Positions 38,955 to 55,108 of a DNA stretch of 64,000 nt are shown here, piece after piece. The stretch comes from Eledone cirrhosa (lineage: Eukaryota). The notes beneath the pieces are model-generated. The model did not search any database and was not told the origin of the DNA. It saw only the letters and a program-made list of their open reading frames with translations. Every line of letters starts with the position of its first letter. The first letter of the stretch is position 1. A program made the translations under genes and the position numbers. The stretch covers positions 112,282,001 to 112,346,000 of the forward strand of contig OZ024742.1 of assembly GCA_964016885.1 (NCBI GenBank). The letters are read 5' to 3'.

Positions 38955-39140
38955 TATGACCCCGACGCGGCAGAGCTCAAGCCGTTTCGACGGCTATTTC
39001 TGTATTGAAATAGCCGTCGAAACGGCTTGTGCTCTGACGACGGTGTCATACATTTTCCTATTACCCACTCTACTACCTTAAGTATTGAGTACTCCGGTGC
39101 ATTATGGTCCATCTGGTCCCTTACCACAACTCTTCGTTAT
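38955..39140. repeat. fold-back of a hammerhead 3' half plus a pLTR tail
   Basis: Palindrome 38955-39051 centred on cggctatttc-tgtatt-gaaatagccg, homologous to 7499-7536. The tail 39065-39137 is homologous to 19930-19998. Confidence 0.8.
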
Positions 39141-39386
39141 ATATATATATATCAATATATATACATTGTTTAGAATGAATAAAACAAAATGTGCCGCGAG
39201 ATGTTATAAATATTACACCGAATATTGACCCCATTATACCTAAAACACACACTCTGAGACACAAAAATACACACCAAAATACACACACACATATATATGT
39301 GCATGGGTGTGTATGGATGCATATATATATATAAGCGTTTCGTTTCGCTTTTTCTACCCGCCGAAATGCGATTCTCACTGAATTTA

Positions 39387-39504
<118 letters not shown>

Positions 39505-39546
39505 ACGAAACATAAGTCCATTGCATGAACTAATAATCCTTTATTT

Positions 39547-39602
39547 ACTGCTATACATATTTCGATGATAGCCATTGAATGGCTATGACCTCATCAGGCA
39601 GT
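39547..39602 (-). ncRNA. hammerhead ribozyme motif in a short PLE 3' fragment (about 39505-39815)
   Basis: Minus strand ACTGC-CTGATGA-GGTCATAGCCAttcaaTGGCTATCATC-GAAA-TATG-TA-taGCAGT-aAATAAA. Confidence 0.75.
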
Positions 39603-40539
39603 TAGTCAGTTCTTAGATATGCCAGCTCTGTGTTTATAGTGTTGATGGTATCATAGCCTTGTAGCATATGAGCTTGTTAGGAATAAATTATTGTTGTCAG
39701 CAGGAATCGTCTTGATTCTCATTGGTCAGTTTATAGATGGTAGTAGGGTTGGTATTTGACCTGAAAGAGGAAGTTGGTTTTGTAAAGTTCAAACCGTCAG
39801 GCAAGATGACAATAGATATATGTGTGTGTGGCTGTGTGTGTGAGTGTGTGGGTGGGTGTGTATGTATATTAATCTGTGCGTGTGTATGTGGTTTTTATCA
39901 TTATACATGACAAATATATCATTTCTATGAACTTAGTTTCCTGGCGTGGTGTTCCGGGATCCTCTTTAAACTGTAGTTTTATCATACCATCCCTGTTTCC
40001 GGTAGCAAAAATAAACTTTGAATGAAGTGTCTTTATTTGGAATTCAAAGAGCCAATACGCGAAATACCACGTTTACCAAGAAGCAATTGATAAGCTACGC
40101 CAAATAAGATTTGTATTGTTATGATACCTCAGCCAGTTTCGCGAGGACAACAGACCTTGTGTCATGCACCAATCTGTATAAAAAGGACTGCGATAATATA
40201 ACTGATATCATCCATTTTTAAGCTAATTACCTTTCTGGGTTGTATTCGGTTACCTCAGTACTTCCAATAAGATGTGATACATCTTCGACAGACATAAGTA
40301 TTTATATATATCGACAATAAAATTCATATCATATCACAAACAATTCATGAACTCTATTTCTATACCGTTAATACGCAACTTCTACAGAATATCGATTGCT
40401 CAGTAAATAAATGCTGACAGTAATTCATACATATATTTACATTGTCAATCACACACATACACAGACATACCCATACACCACGCGCACGCGCGCACTCACA
40501 CACACACAAACACACACACACACACACACACATACACAC

Positions 40540-40591
<52 letters not shown>

Positions 40592-40593
40592 AC

Positions 40594-40689
<96 letters not shown>

Positions 40690-40691
40690 CC

Positions 40692-40742
<51 letters not shown>

Positions 40743-42849
40743 ATTTATACAAAATATCAGTGACTTACGTCATGTGCTTTTCAGAAAGCAGATTTAGTAC
40801 ATCGAACTAATTGTATGATAATACTTTCATTTCGTACTTAACAACCTTTTGGAATATTTTCAAAACATAACAGCGAAACATCAGTGTTACTTTAATCCAA
40901 TTATTCTAACTTTAGATTGTGTAATTTGATTATTCAATATTTCGATGTAACGCTAGAGGAAAGCAATATGAATTGGATGCTACTGCAGCTCTCTTGCAAT
41001 TACATCCTGCAATAAACAATAACTTACAGAAATACATTTGAAAATACGTTGTTACTATATTAATTAATATGTTAGGTTTTACAGTTAAGGTGATTCAAAA
41101 AATATATTTGATGTATATTTCTTTTAACACTAATCCCGATATGAACACTCACCGAAACATGTAAACACCAATACAGATTCAGGGTCACAAAATTTCATAT
41201 AATCTGTGTTACTGAAGCTTACCTATAGCTAGAGAAAATTAACATTGTCGTGGTGCTATCATTTTCTTGTCTATACTTACTATATGTCTACATTTGCTAC
41301 AAGTGGGTTTTATATTTCAATATTCTCTAGAGAATTAGCAAATAAATTACTTTCAACTACATCACTCATTAATATTTGGACATGCACTTCTGTCCTGATA
41401 TGTTAATGGTTACCATGTCTCTCAATTATTGAAAGACAGATGTTAATTAATACAAGCATATCCTAAATATATTATATATCTATTTGAAATTCCAAAATTC
41501 CAATCTATTTCATCGATGATAATTATAATTATAATATATATATTTACTTGTAAAATGACAGCCACAGAGGCTAATATTAAGACCATTGGGACCGATATAA
41601 CATCGGTGAAATTTTCTACGACAGAAGTGTATCAATAAATACGTGGACTAGAAACTGGGTCGCTCGAACAACCTCTAGTTTAATTCAGTTTGCAGGAAGT
41701 GCTTAATATCAAACATGTGATAGATATAGATAAATGTTTAATTAGCGAAGAGATTACCACTTTAGACCACTTTAGACCAATGATTTGCCACTATTGCAGT
41801 GGCAGATCAGATTTCAGGAGAAAGAATCTGAAAGTAAATAATGTTAGATATTAATCGTCCAGATAACAATAATCTTTACAAGCAAATAAACATGAATAAA
41901 TAAATAAATAAATATTAAAACACACACACACACACATATATATATTTTCTTTGGTTTGATAAATGGAGGTTAACAACCTTCTTCGATTTCACTACACCAA
42001 TTATGCTAGGTTATACTGACAGAACTCCCTTCGAGGAAACGCAGCCCTTCATATATTGATATTAATTTATACTAGAAGCAATACCCCATTTTCGGCCTGC
42101 AGATATGGAGATAAAAATCACAAAAGTCCTCTCGGCTTCAAGTGATGCACGACTTTCAAAAACTATTAAATAAGTACGATACCCATAAATATTATCAAAT
42201 GAAACACAACCCTCCGTTGGGGCCACTCGCTTATTCCACTTCATAACAACGGCCTGATTAGCAATAGATGGAAATATTACAGTGAATCAATATTTCGCTA
42301 CATATTACACTTCAACATCCATATCGCATTTCCATGCCTTGCGTTGTGCGCAGAAAGCTCTCAAATTCCACAACTATAGCAAAGGCGAAAAACAAATGGC
42401 ACCACACTTCAGCAACATCAAAGTTAACATCGACAAAATTGCCGCTATATTACCAACAGCAGCAAAAACACATTGCTCAAATCAGCAGTAGCAAGGACAG
42501 CTCCAATACCAACATCATCTACAGCAGAAACGGATCCATCACCACCAAAAACTCCACCGCCAAAGGCAATATAAACCAACAAAACCATCCACTGGGTTCA
42601 CCAGTGAAGCCCTCCGTCTCACTCTACCTCTTGCTCTCTCCACCTGATCTGATCACACATACACCCAACGACGCACATCCAATTGTACCATGACCTATAT
42701 CAGACTCACGCACCTCCTCTTCTGCCAGTGAAGTTTGGGAGGAAGCACTAGATTAAGAGGCTAATAAACACACATAATGTTAGACAATTCTCCCTGGCAA
42801 ACACAAACACCCTATATATAAAAGTTCAAACTCATATCCACATCAAACA

Positions 42850-43570
42850 CAAATGCATCTAAAGAAACCCACACCCATCATCACCGCAACTGGCAACACA
42901 ACCACCATCCCTACTTCAACCAGAACCAAAGGAAAGCTTACAAGTAAACAAAATAAACAGCAAACAACGCCAATTACAGAAAATGTCTCAGTAAGATGGG
43001 CCAGCGAAGAATTAATGGCACTCATAGCACGAAGGAAATAGATTGTGAAAAGGGAGATATTTTTGTCCGCAGCACATTTAAGGTTTCCGTAATCCTAATG
43101 ATGATACATACATCACTAAATACACGCATTAGGGAAGGCTTCTTGTTTGACATGGGGTCCCCAATGTAAGAGCGACAAGTAGACATTTGCAGTGGTTCTC
43201 AAGTGAAATACTACCAAATATAGAAGTCGAAACATGATTTACAACAACACCCAGATGGTAATTTTTCTACATATTTTCTCAGGACAAACCAATCAATACG
43301 GCCATAAGACTACGAGGTATAAATATCCTTGGTCTGGCGTCGTCCTGGAAGCAAGGCAGCTTGATGAACGACCTCATATCACTAGATATGAATGTCACTG
43401 CCGACAGCAAGACCAGGGTACCCAACACACGGGCACTACCCCACATTTTTGGCGACGTTGAGATCTTTGATGAGACGTGGTGGCGATGTTGCTTAGGAAA
43501 GCCCTCACTCTTGAGGTACGGAAAACCTTCCTGGACCTTGAAGATTGGTTATTCTGGGTCTGTGTAATAG
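42850..43570 (+). pseudogene. possible decayed LINE ORF1 (gag-like) fragment
   Basis: Less AT-rich, broken ORFs ending GKPSLLRYGKPS, loosely like a GRPPLCxxCGxxGH zinc knuckle. Confidence 0.25.
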
Positions 43571-43979
43571 CGAATGTAGTGGGACTTTTAGAGCTGTGGA
43601 TTTGTTCCGGCATCTGGAATTTCTTCTAGAAACGTCTCCCCCTTTACTGATAGTGAGGGACTGAAACGGTACTTTGAAAGCACGCTGGTATTATGTGTCA
43701 GTAATTGAGGGATGTGGGGAGGGAAAAAGCATCTATACCATGATCAGGCATTTCCAAATGTCTGACAGGTACTGAATAAATTTACCAAATGCGCGTGTGT
43801 AGACCTGGACCAAATAACAGGAACCGAGATTCTGGAATCCTTGCCTTTGCAGTTCTACTGTTTGCCATACATTCATTTATCTCTTAATGAAAATCACAGT
43901 TTTCTGAACTTTTGCCTATTATAACCTTTCTAAATCCAGGAATAGCAGTCCGTATTATAAACCTTTTTTTAAAGAATAA

Positions 43980-44730
43980 ACCCATGCCTTTCTCAAACGG
44001 GTCTATCGTCTCTTACAATCTTGCGATTTTAGAGTTCACATCGTTTCTTTTTTGTCTGGGATGCGGATATCTTTCTTTATTTTGTTAATAACCTGCTCTC
44101 TTCCACTTTTGTACTATGGTTCCTTTCTTTTATAGTTTCTGATTTGGTTTGTTTTCAATCATATGTTTCTCCTAATGCCTTGATTAGGTTGATTGTTGCT
44201 GTTACATATTCTTTATTTCAGATAACATTTAATTCACCTTTTTCCTCGATTTCTTACGTAGACTTCTGTTAACTCACTTAAACCTCTTGATATTCTTTCC
44301 CTGCCTATTTATTATTCAACAGTTTTACAGTATCATTAATCATACAATAATCATCTTCATTTTTTTCCTATTTCCAATAGACATACAGTCGCGTCTATTT
44401 GCCTGTTAATTTTCACTCAAGGTGATTTCATCAACATTTAAAACTACAAATTCCTCAATATCTTTCACCACATCCTATCTTTAAGTTCCCCTGTTTAACT
44501 CATCTAGTTCAGGTGTCGTGAACCGTCGATTCTTCCTAATTATCCTTGCTAGGGCACACAACTTCTGTTCCGTCAGATTCATAAATTGCATTTCATTCCA
44601 GAAGTAATGCATTCTTTTCCGGAAACCTCTTATTAGCTTCCCATCCCCATCAAACCGTGTATTTAAATGGAAACAATCTCATTCAGCTATGTTCATTCTC
44701 TTTCTCCAGCCAATTCTACCAGTATTAGTT
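43980..44730 (-). pseudogene. R4/Dong-like non-LTR retrotransposon N-terminal relic
   Basis: Minus strand reads RGFRKRMHYFWNEMQFMNLTEQKLCALARIIRKNRRFTTPELDEL and later KRKEP*YK. Compare RGYRKRM...W...TEQRLxDQxRxIxKN...EPWWKRR. Confidence 0.65.
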
Positions 44731-45029
44731 TGACAATCTGATGAAATGCTGCTCGACCGTGCGAGAGTTGTCAGAAAAGGAGCCTTAGCGTAAATCCCAA
44801 CAACATAGACACCGTTCATTTCAGTGTCTTTTTGATTACACACATGAGAAGGTACATCTACCAGTGTTTTTTTCGTTTTGTGTCTCCATTTCTAAAAGAA
44901 TTTGGCAAAACAGACTCAAAAGAACCTTTCAGCCCTTAAAATTGGAGTGGGTCACCCTACGCTGGACAACAATCTAGAATTTACAACCCCGAAGCAGCGG
45001 ATTATGCCGGGCCAGACACCGTCCCATTA

Positions 45030-45222
45030 TTATTGGATTGACAATATCAGTAGTGCGTTGGAGAATATGCTTGGCGACATATAGTTGCCACTCTTTACGT
45101 TCTGCATTTACACCCCGTCGAGGTTAGCTTTAACGTTCACCCTTATTAATTACCAGGAATGCACTAGAGGAGTTTCAATAGACACTTCCCTTCCCCTTGT
45201 GTCTAAATCAGAAACCATTATT
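45030..45222 (+). mobile_element. degenerate SINE copy
   Basis: gacatatagttgccactctttacgttctg...cccgtcgaggttagcttt...taccaggaatgcact...ccttgtgtctaaatcagaaaccattatt. Confidence 0.55.
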
Positions 45223-46226
45223 ATTGTTTGTATTACTAATATTTTTATTCATTTTATTGTATTGTTCTTTAAAGCCCACTTAGTTCAAATTGAACATATG
45301 GCTAGATATTTATCTGCTATAACCATTTTATTCATTCGGTAAAAATAAATAGTGCATTAAACGTTGTGTTTTATGTCGTTTGATGCGATTTGAATGTGAT
45401 GTAGATATAGTTTTATACATACATGTGATCAATATTATGTAACATTTAGGGTAATGGATTGAGAGATATATCCTGAGAAGACAGTTGCATATCATCTCAG
45501 CAGAATGGTGGGTACTAGCTTATTCGATTTAGTAAAATAAGGAATGTTATTACATAATAGTACACTAACAATAATCATCTGTAATTGAAATTAGAGAATC
45601 CCATAAGAAATGCAAGAAAACCGCAAAACCGAATCTATTCAAGATATATTTCAGTTTTATTCGACCTCCGTAACTAAGCGTACTTTATGCGTTGAGAAGG
45701 ATACATTTACATTAATGAATCGTATTATAATTTAAAGAGGCGTCTTTTGAAAACTGTTGATGGTTTAAATGATTCCATAAAATGTTATATTACATATTTA
45801 TTACAGAAATTAATGAAATTGGTATTAACAATTATTGAAATGTTTGTTCACAAAAAAATGCTTTATATGATCGTAATGTTAATTTTCCGTACGCTTTTCT
45901 TTAATGAGGTTCTTTATATACACAATAAACATTAGTTTTGAACTACTAATTATTCAATATATTGTGTAATATAACCACATTTATCTATGTTATACGTACA
46001 TTGGCAGGAGCTGTAACATAAATAAATAATTCAACAAGAATATCTTGTGAATATTTAGAATATTGGTTGGGAACGTGAGGGTTTTCAGTATTGTAAAATA
46101 GATTGTCATGACTTTCATTGTTTTCCAAAGGAAGTTAGTATCAATTTTCAATGAATCAGTTCGTGTTTACAAATAATGAACACCAAGTTTACTTACACAT
46201 ACATACATAAATACATACATGCATGC

Positions 46227-46307
<81 letters not shown>

Positions 46308-46407
46308 TAAGCAAATATTGCACAAAGAAAAGTAAAACGTGGGCGTGAAGTGATTATGAATTTATTTCGTTTGACAAATGTTTATGTCTGTCTCTCTCTC
46401 TCTCTCA

Positions 46408-46549
<142 letters not shown>

Positions 46550-47989
46550 TAATTTGCTAATATGATTAGACTGTTTCTATTACTTTTACCAATACTCAAT
46601 AAGAATTTCATCAAGTGTCCTCCACTATAAAAACGTAATTAATTCTACCATTAACACGCACATTATGTGTTATAAAAGTGAGGTGCACAGCGAGTGTGTC
46701 TATATAGAACAAAAATTGTCACATGAATGATTATGTCAACACTTACCAAACAAACACATTTGGTATGTTATTTGTCCATTAAGAAGGTTCCTATGGAGTT
46801 GATATCAGAGATCAAAAAGTGTAATATATTTGCTTCTTACAAACGTCGCCATTGCATTAATTTTGTATGGATTTAGAACGATGACAAGCAGCTAGGGCGA
46901 GGCAAAGGAAGTTGCAAAGCTGAACATACGCTCGGATCAGTAGCTGTAGGCCGTCAAGACCCAAATCAAATAGCAACAGATAAAAGCTTTGAACAATAAA
47001 CCTCAAAATAAAATATAGTTCTAAGCTTCATGCTAATACATGCAGGATAACAATTACTCTTTTGCCCTAATGCATGGTAATAAACTGAGCTAATAATGTA
47101 CAGTACGGTAAGATAATGGCACTCACACAGAGTTGGCAATATATATATATACATACACACACAATCAAAAATACATGTAGCCATACATGGGAATTTCAGC
47201 ACTCAATTATATATACTTATATCGATGTCTCATTTCAAGGAAAAAGGAAATGTAAATGAAGACTGGCTTATCATAAGAAGCGAGGTCAGTATATATAATG
47301 GAAATTCCAAACTTACCGTCTCAATAGAATAATGCCATTTATAGTTCAACTGTATCACATTATATTTTATAGATCAATGGCAACATTCGTTATTCTATTT
47401 GAAACACATTACAAATAGTAGCATACAATCAAACAGGCATAACCACGTAATATTATTCCGTTCGTAAAATGTTTCCAGAATGTTTCTAATGTTTTCGTGA
47501 AGTTTTATTAAATACAAGCATTTGAATTGAAATATACGCAACTGTAGTACCGTTTAAGGAGCGAGAGATATTTGAATTATGTGTGTTGTTTTAATATCTG
47601 TCCATACACATGAAATGTTATATAAAGTATATGAAGGTAAAATAAAATCGTCAAATATCACCTGTGGTCACGAATGTCCAGGTGTTTTACACCTGGAATG
47701 CTTCCCGGAAAAGACTGTTCCGGAAAAAAACTTCATTTTTGGGGGTTGGGACAACGGTCACTCATTCACATGAGTCTTTCCAGTCAATGCCACAGATGTG
47801 AAAGGGAAAGACAAAGGCTTATGGAGCGTGCAAGAGGGACGCCGCAACTCACTCAGCTGCTGGGTGAACTGAACCAATGTGATATAAAGTGTCTGTGAAT
47901 ATAATTCAAAATATCTGTATTGTGAAACCAATGCTCTAACTGCTGCGACACACATTTTCACTCATACACACACATACGCTCACGCCAAC

Positions 47990-48098
<109 letters not shown>

Positions 48099-48538
48099 TG
48101 TGTGTGTCTGATTTCCGGGTTCAATTGGGGGTAAGGTACTCAATAAATTAGTAGAATGTAAAAGACAAGCTTAATATAGAAATAGCATCTAGCGGACTAG
48201 AACTGTTTCATTCGAAGGAAACCATCAGGAAAGCCAACATGCCTTATATGTATATTTATATGTTTATTGTTGTGTGGGGAAGGTGGATATTGTAAGTATG
48301 TGTAAGGGTATTGGCTAATGAATTTTTAGGTAACTGAGATTCCTTGAAAAACTATTTACAGTTAATATAATAACGAGAATAAAAAACATGTTCATATACA
48401 CACTTAAATACCAATAGAAATTCATACATACATTCATTATACAGAATTCATGTGAATTGAATGCATATTCTCTACTGTGTTAGGCCAACATGAATAATAA
48501 CTCTGCATTAAATGTTCAAAAAGACCAGAAACTAACGC

Positions 48539-48577
<39 letters not shown>

Positions 48578-48833
48578 CACGCACTCACATACACACATAC
48601 ACACTTACACCCCCCCCCCCCCCACACACACACACAGGCAGTCACAAATTCTATTTTCTGGGGAAAGTCTAGCGTCCGAAATTTGAAGACAATTTTCCTA
48701 CTATATTAATCGTAAAACTAATAATATACTTCTTCGTTGTACTGTGTCGTTTGCTTTGTTAATTCTGTTTGTGTGTGTATATATATAAAGAGAGAGAGAT
48801 ATAGAAAGAGAGAGGGAGAGATAGAGAGAGAGC

Positions 48834-48892
<59 letters not shown>

Positions 48893-49594
48893 GGAGAGAG
48901 GGGGGTATAAGCAAATGCATGTACACACATGAAGAAAGTTAACGAGCTTTATAAAGCAGTATTATTGTTCCATGACGCCTTTAATTGTTACAATCTGTCT
49001 TTTATTAATTTTCCTTCGAATTGTTCATGCTCAGTTGCTTCTTAGGATTTATAGTCGTATTCACTCTTGTGGCTTCACTACTTTCCTTCTTGGGTTCGCT
49101 CGTCCGAAAATGTTTCGAATCATTTGATTGGTATTGTGATGTCTCGGCTGAGTCATTTTTTGTACTGGAATTGAGTGTAAATTTTTGTCGGATCAGTTAT
49201 GTAAACAAGTTTGGATCAAATATATTTCCCATGGTTTGTACTGATAATGCGCGTGTTCCATGCCAATTACATAGTGGGGTCGTATTCATTTCAAATGATT
49301 ATATTATAGAAGTTACCTTATAGAACGGCTGCATCATGATGAAACCCTCGTTCCCATGTTGTTTATTGGCGCGCTTCGGTGGCTTAATTTTCCAAAATTT
49401 GAGGGTCACGAGTAATTTAATTACTTGCGCTGTTTCGGTCCTGTGAATGAGGTCGATCCCATATGCAAAGATTACATTTGCTAGGAGTTGTGTTTTACTG
49501 TACCTTAATTCCATGAATTAAATAAATTGACGGTCTTAATTAATTAACCCACACAGACAGACACACATACACACATACACACATACACGCACAC

Positions 49595-50068
49595 TAAACA
49601 TCATCAGGTCGAGCTTGCTCGGCTTTCTACGACACGTTTCCTCCATCCATCTCTGTCTTTCATAGCGTTTGCCATTTCTTCCGCAGTGCATCCAGTATCG
49701 TCCCCAAGTTGTTTGACGTATGTCTTGTTGGGACGACCAGCGTTTCTTGCTCCATGAGATGGACTCCATAACAACATATCACCATCTATTTCGTCCTTGC
49801 TGCGCCAACCGTGGCCAGAAGATCTGAGTCTCTGTCCACGTATTGACCTGCTGATAGGTGGTATATTGCCATAGTGATCCTTATTTGTTGGGTGTTCCCT
49901 CCAAGCCACGTTTAAAGAAGCGCGGAGCATACGTATGTATGCCCCGTCTAGCTTTTTCTCCAGTTTCGACGTTAGCGTCCAAGTGACATAGTCATAAACA
50001 AGCACAGATTCCACAGCAGCTCTGAAGAAATTCTTTTTCAGTTTGGCCAGCAGGTTTGATTTCCATAT
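49595..50068 (-). mobile_element. RTE-clade LINE 3' end, second family
   Basis: IWKSNL...[12 protein letters not shown]...WTLTSKLEKKLDGAYIRMLRASLNVAW...RLRSSGHGWRSKDE...LLWSPSHG...GRP...DRDGWRKRV. Confidence 0.9.
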
Positions 50069-50118
<50 letters not shown>

Positions 50119-50141
50119 AACACGCACACACGCCTCTCCGT

Positions 50142-50182
<41 letters not shown>

Positions 50183-50240
50183 CACATTTTCAGCACATAC
50201 ATACCTGCATGTCTGCATGCAAACATACACACACCCATAC

Positions 50241-50317
<77 letters not shown>

Positions 50318-51574
50318 ACTGCACCGATATATATACACATAAACACATGCATGTGTACATACATACATGCATACATACACACGTACAAATATACGTACCA
50401 GTATGGATATTCCCCTAACATCGGGATTATTTCAAAGTTCAAATAGATATTAACGAATGCTTATATATGAAGGAAAGCGCAATAAACTGAAATATGAATA
50501 AGTCCATGTACCGCATATGCTTTTATTAAAAAAAAAAAGATAATAACGAATAATCCACAAAGAAAAGAACCCGATTCTTACAAAGATATCTGTCATCTGC
50601 AACTGGCATGCGTAAACCATGACTTTAGCCATCGTTTCGAATGAAAATTATCAATATGGAAGTTTAGAAGATGTACTGTATTTTTATTAAATATAGAACA
50701 CATTGCGGGAGGGAATTCAATATGAAATGATAAAAGAATTCCGTATAGAAATTAAAACAATATGAGATTGAAGGGTCGATGCTTGATTTAGGTTGCTGTG
50801 ATTGAATTAAGTCAATTGGTTTTAACCTCAAGGAACTATCAGTGCCATATGTCATTTGTATTGAAAATGTATTGATGTCAACGTCAGTGATTGCCAACTT
50901 AGGTTCAATAAAGATTTTTCTTCCAGCCTTTGTGCCGTAGCTAATTCATTGTTAGGCAGGTTGCTATAGCAACATGTTATACTAGATAGTGTCCATTGCC
51001 AAGTCATAAAAAAACTTTACTAGTTCTCGGTTATATGTTTCGATTAATAGCTGCCAGTATTTAATTCAGCAAGCATCTTCAAGACTCGAAAGAAGTCGAC
51101 GATAGAGGTTTGAGATATATTGTAACAGAAACAGAATCTGATTGCTTTCTTATATTTTTAGATGCGCTTTCGTCTTTTTCAATATTATTCAGTATTCTTC
51201 AGTACCCAATTTATCATATATAGATTTATTTCCTTTTATTATTTTTTCACTTATATATTCATTCATTTTTATTTATTTATTTATTGTTTATTTTATTTTT
51301 TTGTAAAGAAAGTGCACTGTACATTCCTGCAAAGGCTACATACAACTGTTGCCCATCGAGTTAATTTTCGTTTAGATTATTATACAAATGGCTTAAGAGG
51401 CAGGATCGTGGATCTAATATATCGATGATTCATATGCGAAAGGTAATATTTCTATAAACCATAAATCCATTTACTGACGCATGACAAAGTATTCCCTGCT
51501 GAAGCCATCTATATGGTCATATAAGTAGCTATCTGTCAATTGATAAATATCTACTGGCATGCGAATAGAGGTGA

Positions 51575-51762
51575 TAATTGTTTCTACTTTTGGCACAAGG
51601 CCAGCAATTAACAGTACATTACTGGTATTTATTTTATCGACCCCGTAAGGATGAAAGGCAAATTTAACCTCGGCAGGATTTGAATTCAGAATGGCAAGGG
51701 CTGTAACTCTATGCGTCAAAGAATGGCGTCCGACCCTCTACCGATACTGCCAATCCACCTCC
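51575..51762 (-). mobile_element. tRNA-derived SINE, full length
   Basis: Reverse complement of the 17547-17731 family from head (ggaggtggattggcagtatcggtagagggtcggacgcc) to tail. Confidence 0.9.
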
Positions 51763-52888
51763 TTAATAATGTAAGTATGTATATATGTATTTATGCATGT
51801 GATGTGTGTGTATAATGTATGATATTTGTATGTAAATATATATATTGCGGAATAAGTACACGACTCTTTTTTTAATGAAGATTCAAGTATAATGAATAAT
51901 TGTTTTCCTTCTTTAATAACTGCTTTATTGTCAGAACTGCAATACGTGGTGGTTTTATTGCAGTTCTTCTCTATATAATTCGATCGTTCCTATTTTGACA
52001 ATCCTACCACATATTCCTTTTGCTAACATGAACATATATCAACTGAGATGTTTTTTCGACTTTGTTTAAACAGATATGATTTTCGGTACTACTTGAAATG
52101 CACATATGACATCATAATAATGAAGAAACCATTCAATATTCCTTTTGCTTTTGGGGGAAAAATTTGTATATAAAGCTCTCTAATTGCACACGTTACACTT
52201 ACAGTAACGGCATTACTCCGAAATCTAGTTCCTGCGCATATTGCAAACAACGCACAACAAACACCGATATTTCTTGTATAATGTATTCCCATTTTCTCTA
52301 AATTTATATACTGTTTCTCCTCATCTCAAATATGCAAAGGGACTTTATTCGTATCTTTATTGAGCTTAACGATGATAGTAATAAAGTTTTGTTCGTGTAA
52401 ATATATACGCATCTATGTGACATTTTTCTCTTGTTTTCACGTATGCGATTGTGTATTTTAGTGTGTGTGAGAGTGTATTTCCATGTGTGTGTGTCATGTG
52501 AGGGGTGTATCTGTGGATGTTTATATCCACGTGATTGTTGTATTTGTGTTTGGTCAGTAGCGGAAAGATTTTGTGTACATGTATATGAAGGTGGAGTGTG
52601 TATATTTATGTAAGGGCATGTCCGTGTGTGTGTGACGGTGTATTCAATCATAATCCAGTAGACAGCAGTGGCCGAGAACTCATTATTGACACATTAATTT
52701 TGATACTTTTTGTTTTCCTTCAGAGATGTTACAAAAAAGTTCAATGTTTACATCGATAATGCAATTGTATTTCATGTTAAGTTTTAACGTTACCTGTGAA
52801 TGGATTGTATTTTTATCTTCATTATCGAAATATAAATAAGTATATGCTGTTGATTTGAGGGATATCGTTGTTTAATTTTCTCTAATCT

Positions 52889-52932
<44 letters not shown>

Positions 52933-54251
52933 GGGGGGGGTGTACGTGTGTGTACGCATGAGCGTGTATATGTCTGTGTGAGTACTCTGTGTGTGTGTGT
53001 GTAATTTACTCTCTATGCTCGTGCAAATGTGTCAGTTGTTTAAATTACCACACACATCTGAGGGAGTATGGAGTGATAATGCCGAAATATGGTTGGAAAT
53101 AGGAAGCATTTACATGAAGCAGCCTGTTAAATGTTACAATATGCTCTCGAACAACATAAATACCATCTATAAAGAATGGAAACGTAATCAGATTCGCTTT
53201 GTTTTCTCTGGGGGTTTTTATTCTCAGAAGCTGGACAGTAGTATGTTTATACACACTGCATATCGCTGGAAATTTCTGACGTGATGTTTGATCTTCTCCG
53301 GTCATATTTTACTCGTTGTTTGTGTAAGTGCAATACTTGAATCCCTTGATGTAGCTTTATGCTTAATAGGATTTTTTTTTAATATAGTAAATATTGCGAT
53401 ATCAGTTATGTTTTATTCATTTTTCTTTCAACTTAGTTTAACTGTTTCACTAATATGCTTTTCTCGCATATCTGTAGCGGTTGAAACATGTGTATCAGTC
53501 TTCTCCATTAGTTAATGTTTTATGAGTTTGGTATTTCCAGTAGGGATAATCCAATAACTATCGTATTAATAGTAGCTATTACAAAATATGGATGCTTTAT
53601 TTTTTTCTAAATATTTACAATATTATTGTAAACATATAGTTAGGAATTACATATGTGTGTGCATTGAATGAAATATGAATATGGACCCACGAATTCGTGA
53701 ATCTAGCGTAAACAATTTCATCTATTTACCTTATTTAAGGGCAAATAATACATTCGTATATAACTCCCCGTATTCTAGCAAGTTATATTGAGAAAATTAT
53801 AGTACTTGTCTAACTGGTGGCAAGATTCTAAAGTTACCTATGCACAGAGCCGTAACTTTTAAGGACACCATATTAGCATACGGACTTTCTTGGACCTAGC
53901 GGAGTTCAACTAGTCTCCACGTAAGAGCACTGCAAATTTTTCGAGAGAAAGGTAAATTAAGTACTTAATTTATTTGTAATAGCAAGTTTTTAAAAATGTT
54001 TATTGCGTTTATCAGATCCGATTCTTTATATGTATTTTCCGCCTCAGTTACCTTATATGCATTTTGAAGCTGATGCTTATCTAGCCTCCCACATTATGTA
54101 TCCTCCTAACCTCCTTGTAACATTGTTTTGATCTTATTGTGTTTGACTTTTCTTATCAACTCAATCAAGTTCGGCCTTATGCTACGATGAAACGATCGTC
54201 AGTGATTAAATGTTTGGATGTTTAAACACACGTTCATTGTCATTTATATTG

Positions 54252-54300
<49 letters not shown>

Positions 54301-54414
54301 GTGTGTGTGTGTGTGTCTGTGTGTGTGTGTGTATTTGTGTGTGTATGTGTGTATGTGTGTATGTATATATATATATATATACATATACACATACACACAT
54401 ACACACACAATACA

Positions 54415-55108
<694 letters not shown>

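Noticed and set aside
52991-53305. Two overlapping ~90-aa ORFs as a host exon or LINE 3' end
   Set aside because: No recognisable domain or convincing splice pair; only a vague LINE-tail resemblance.
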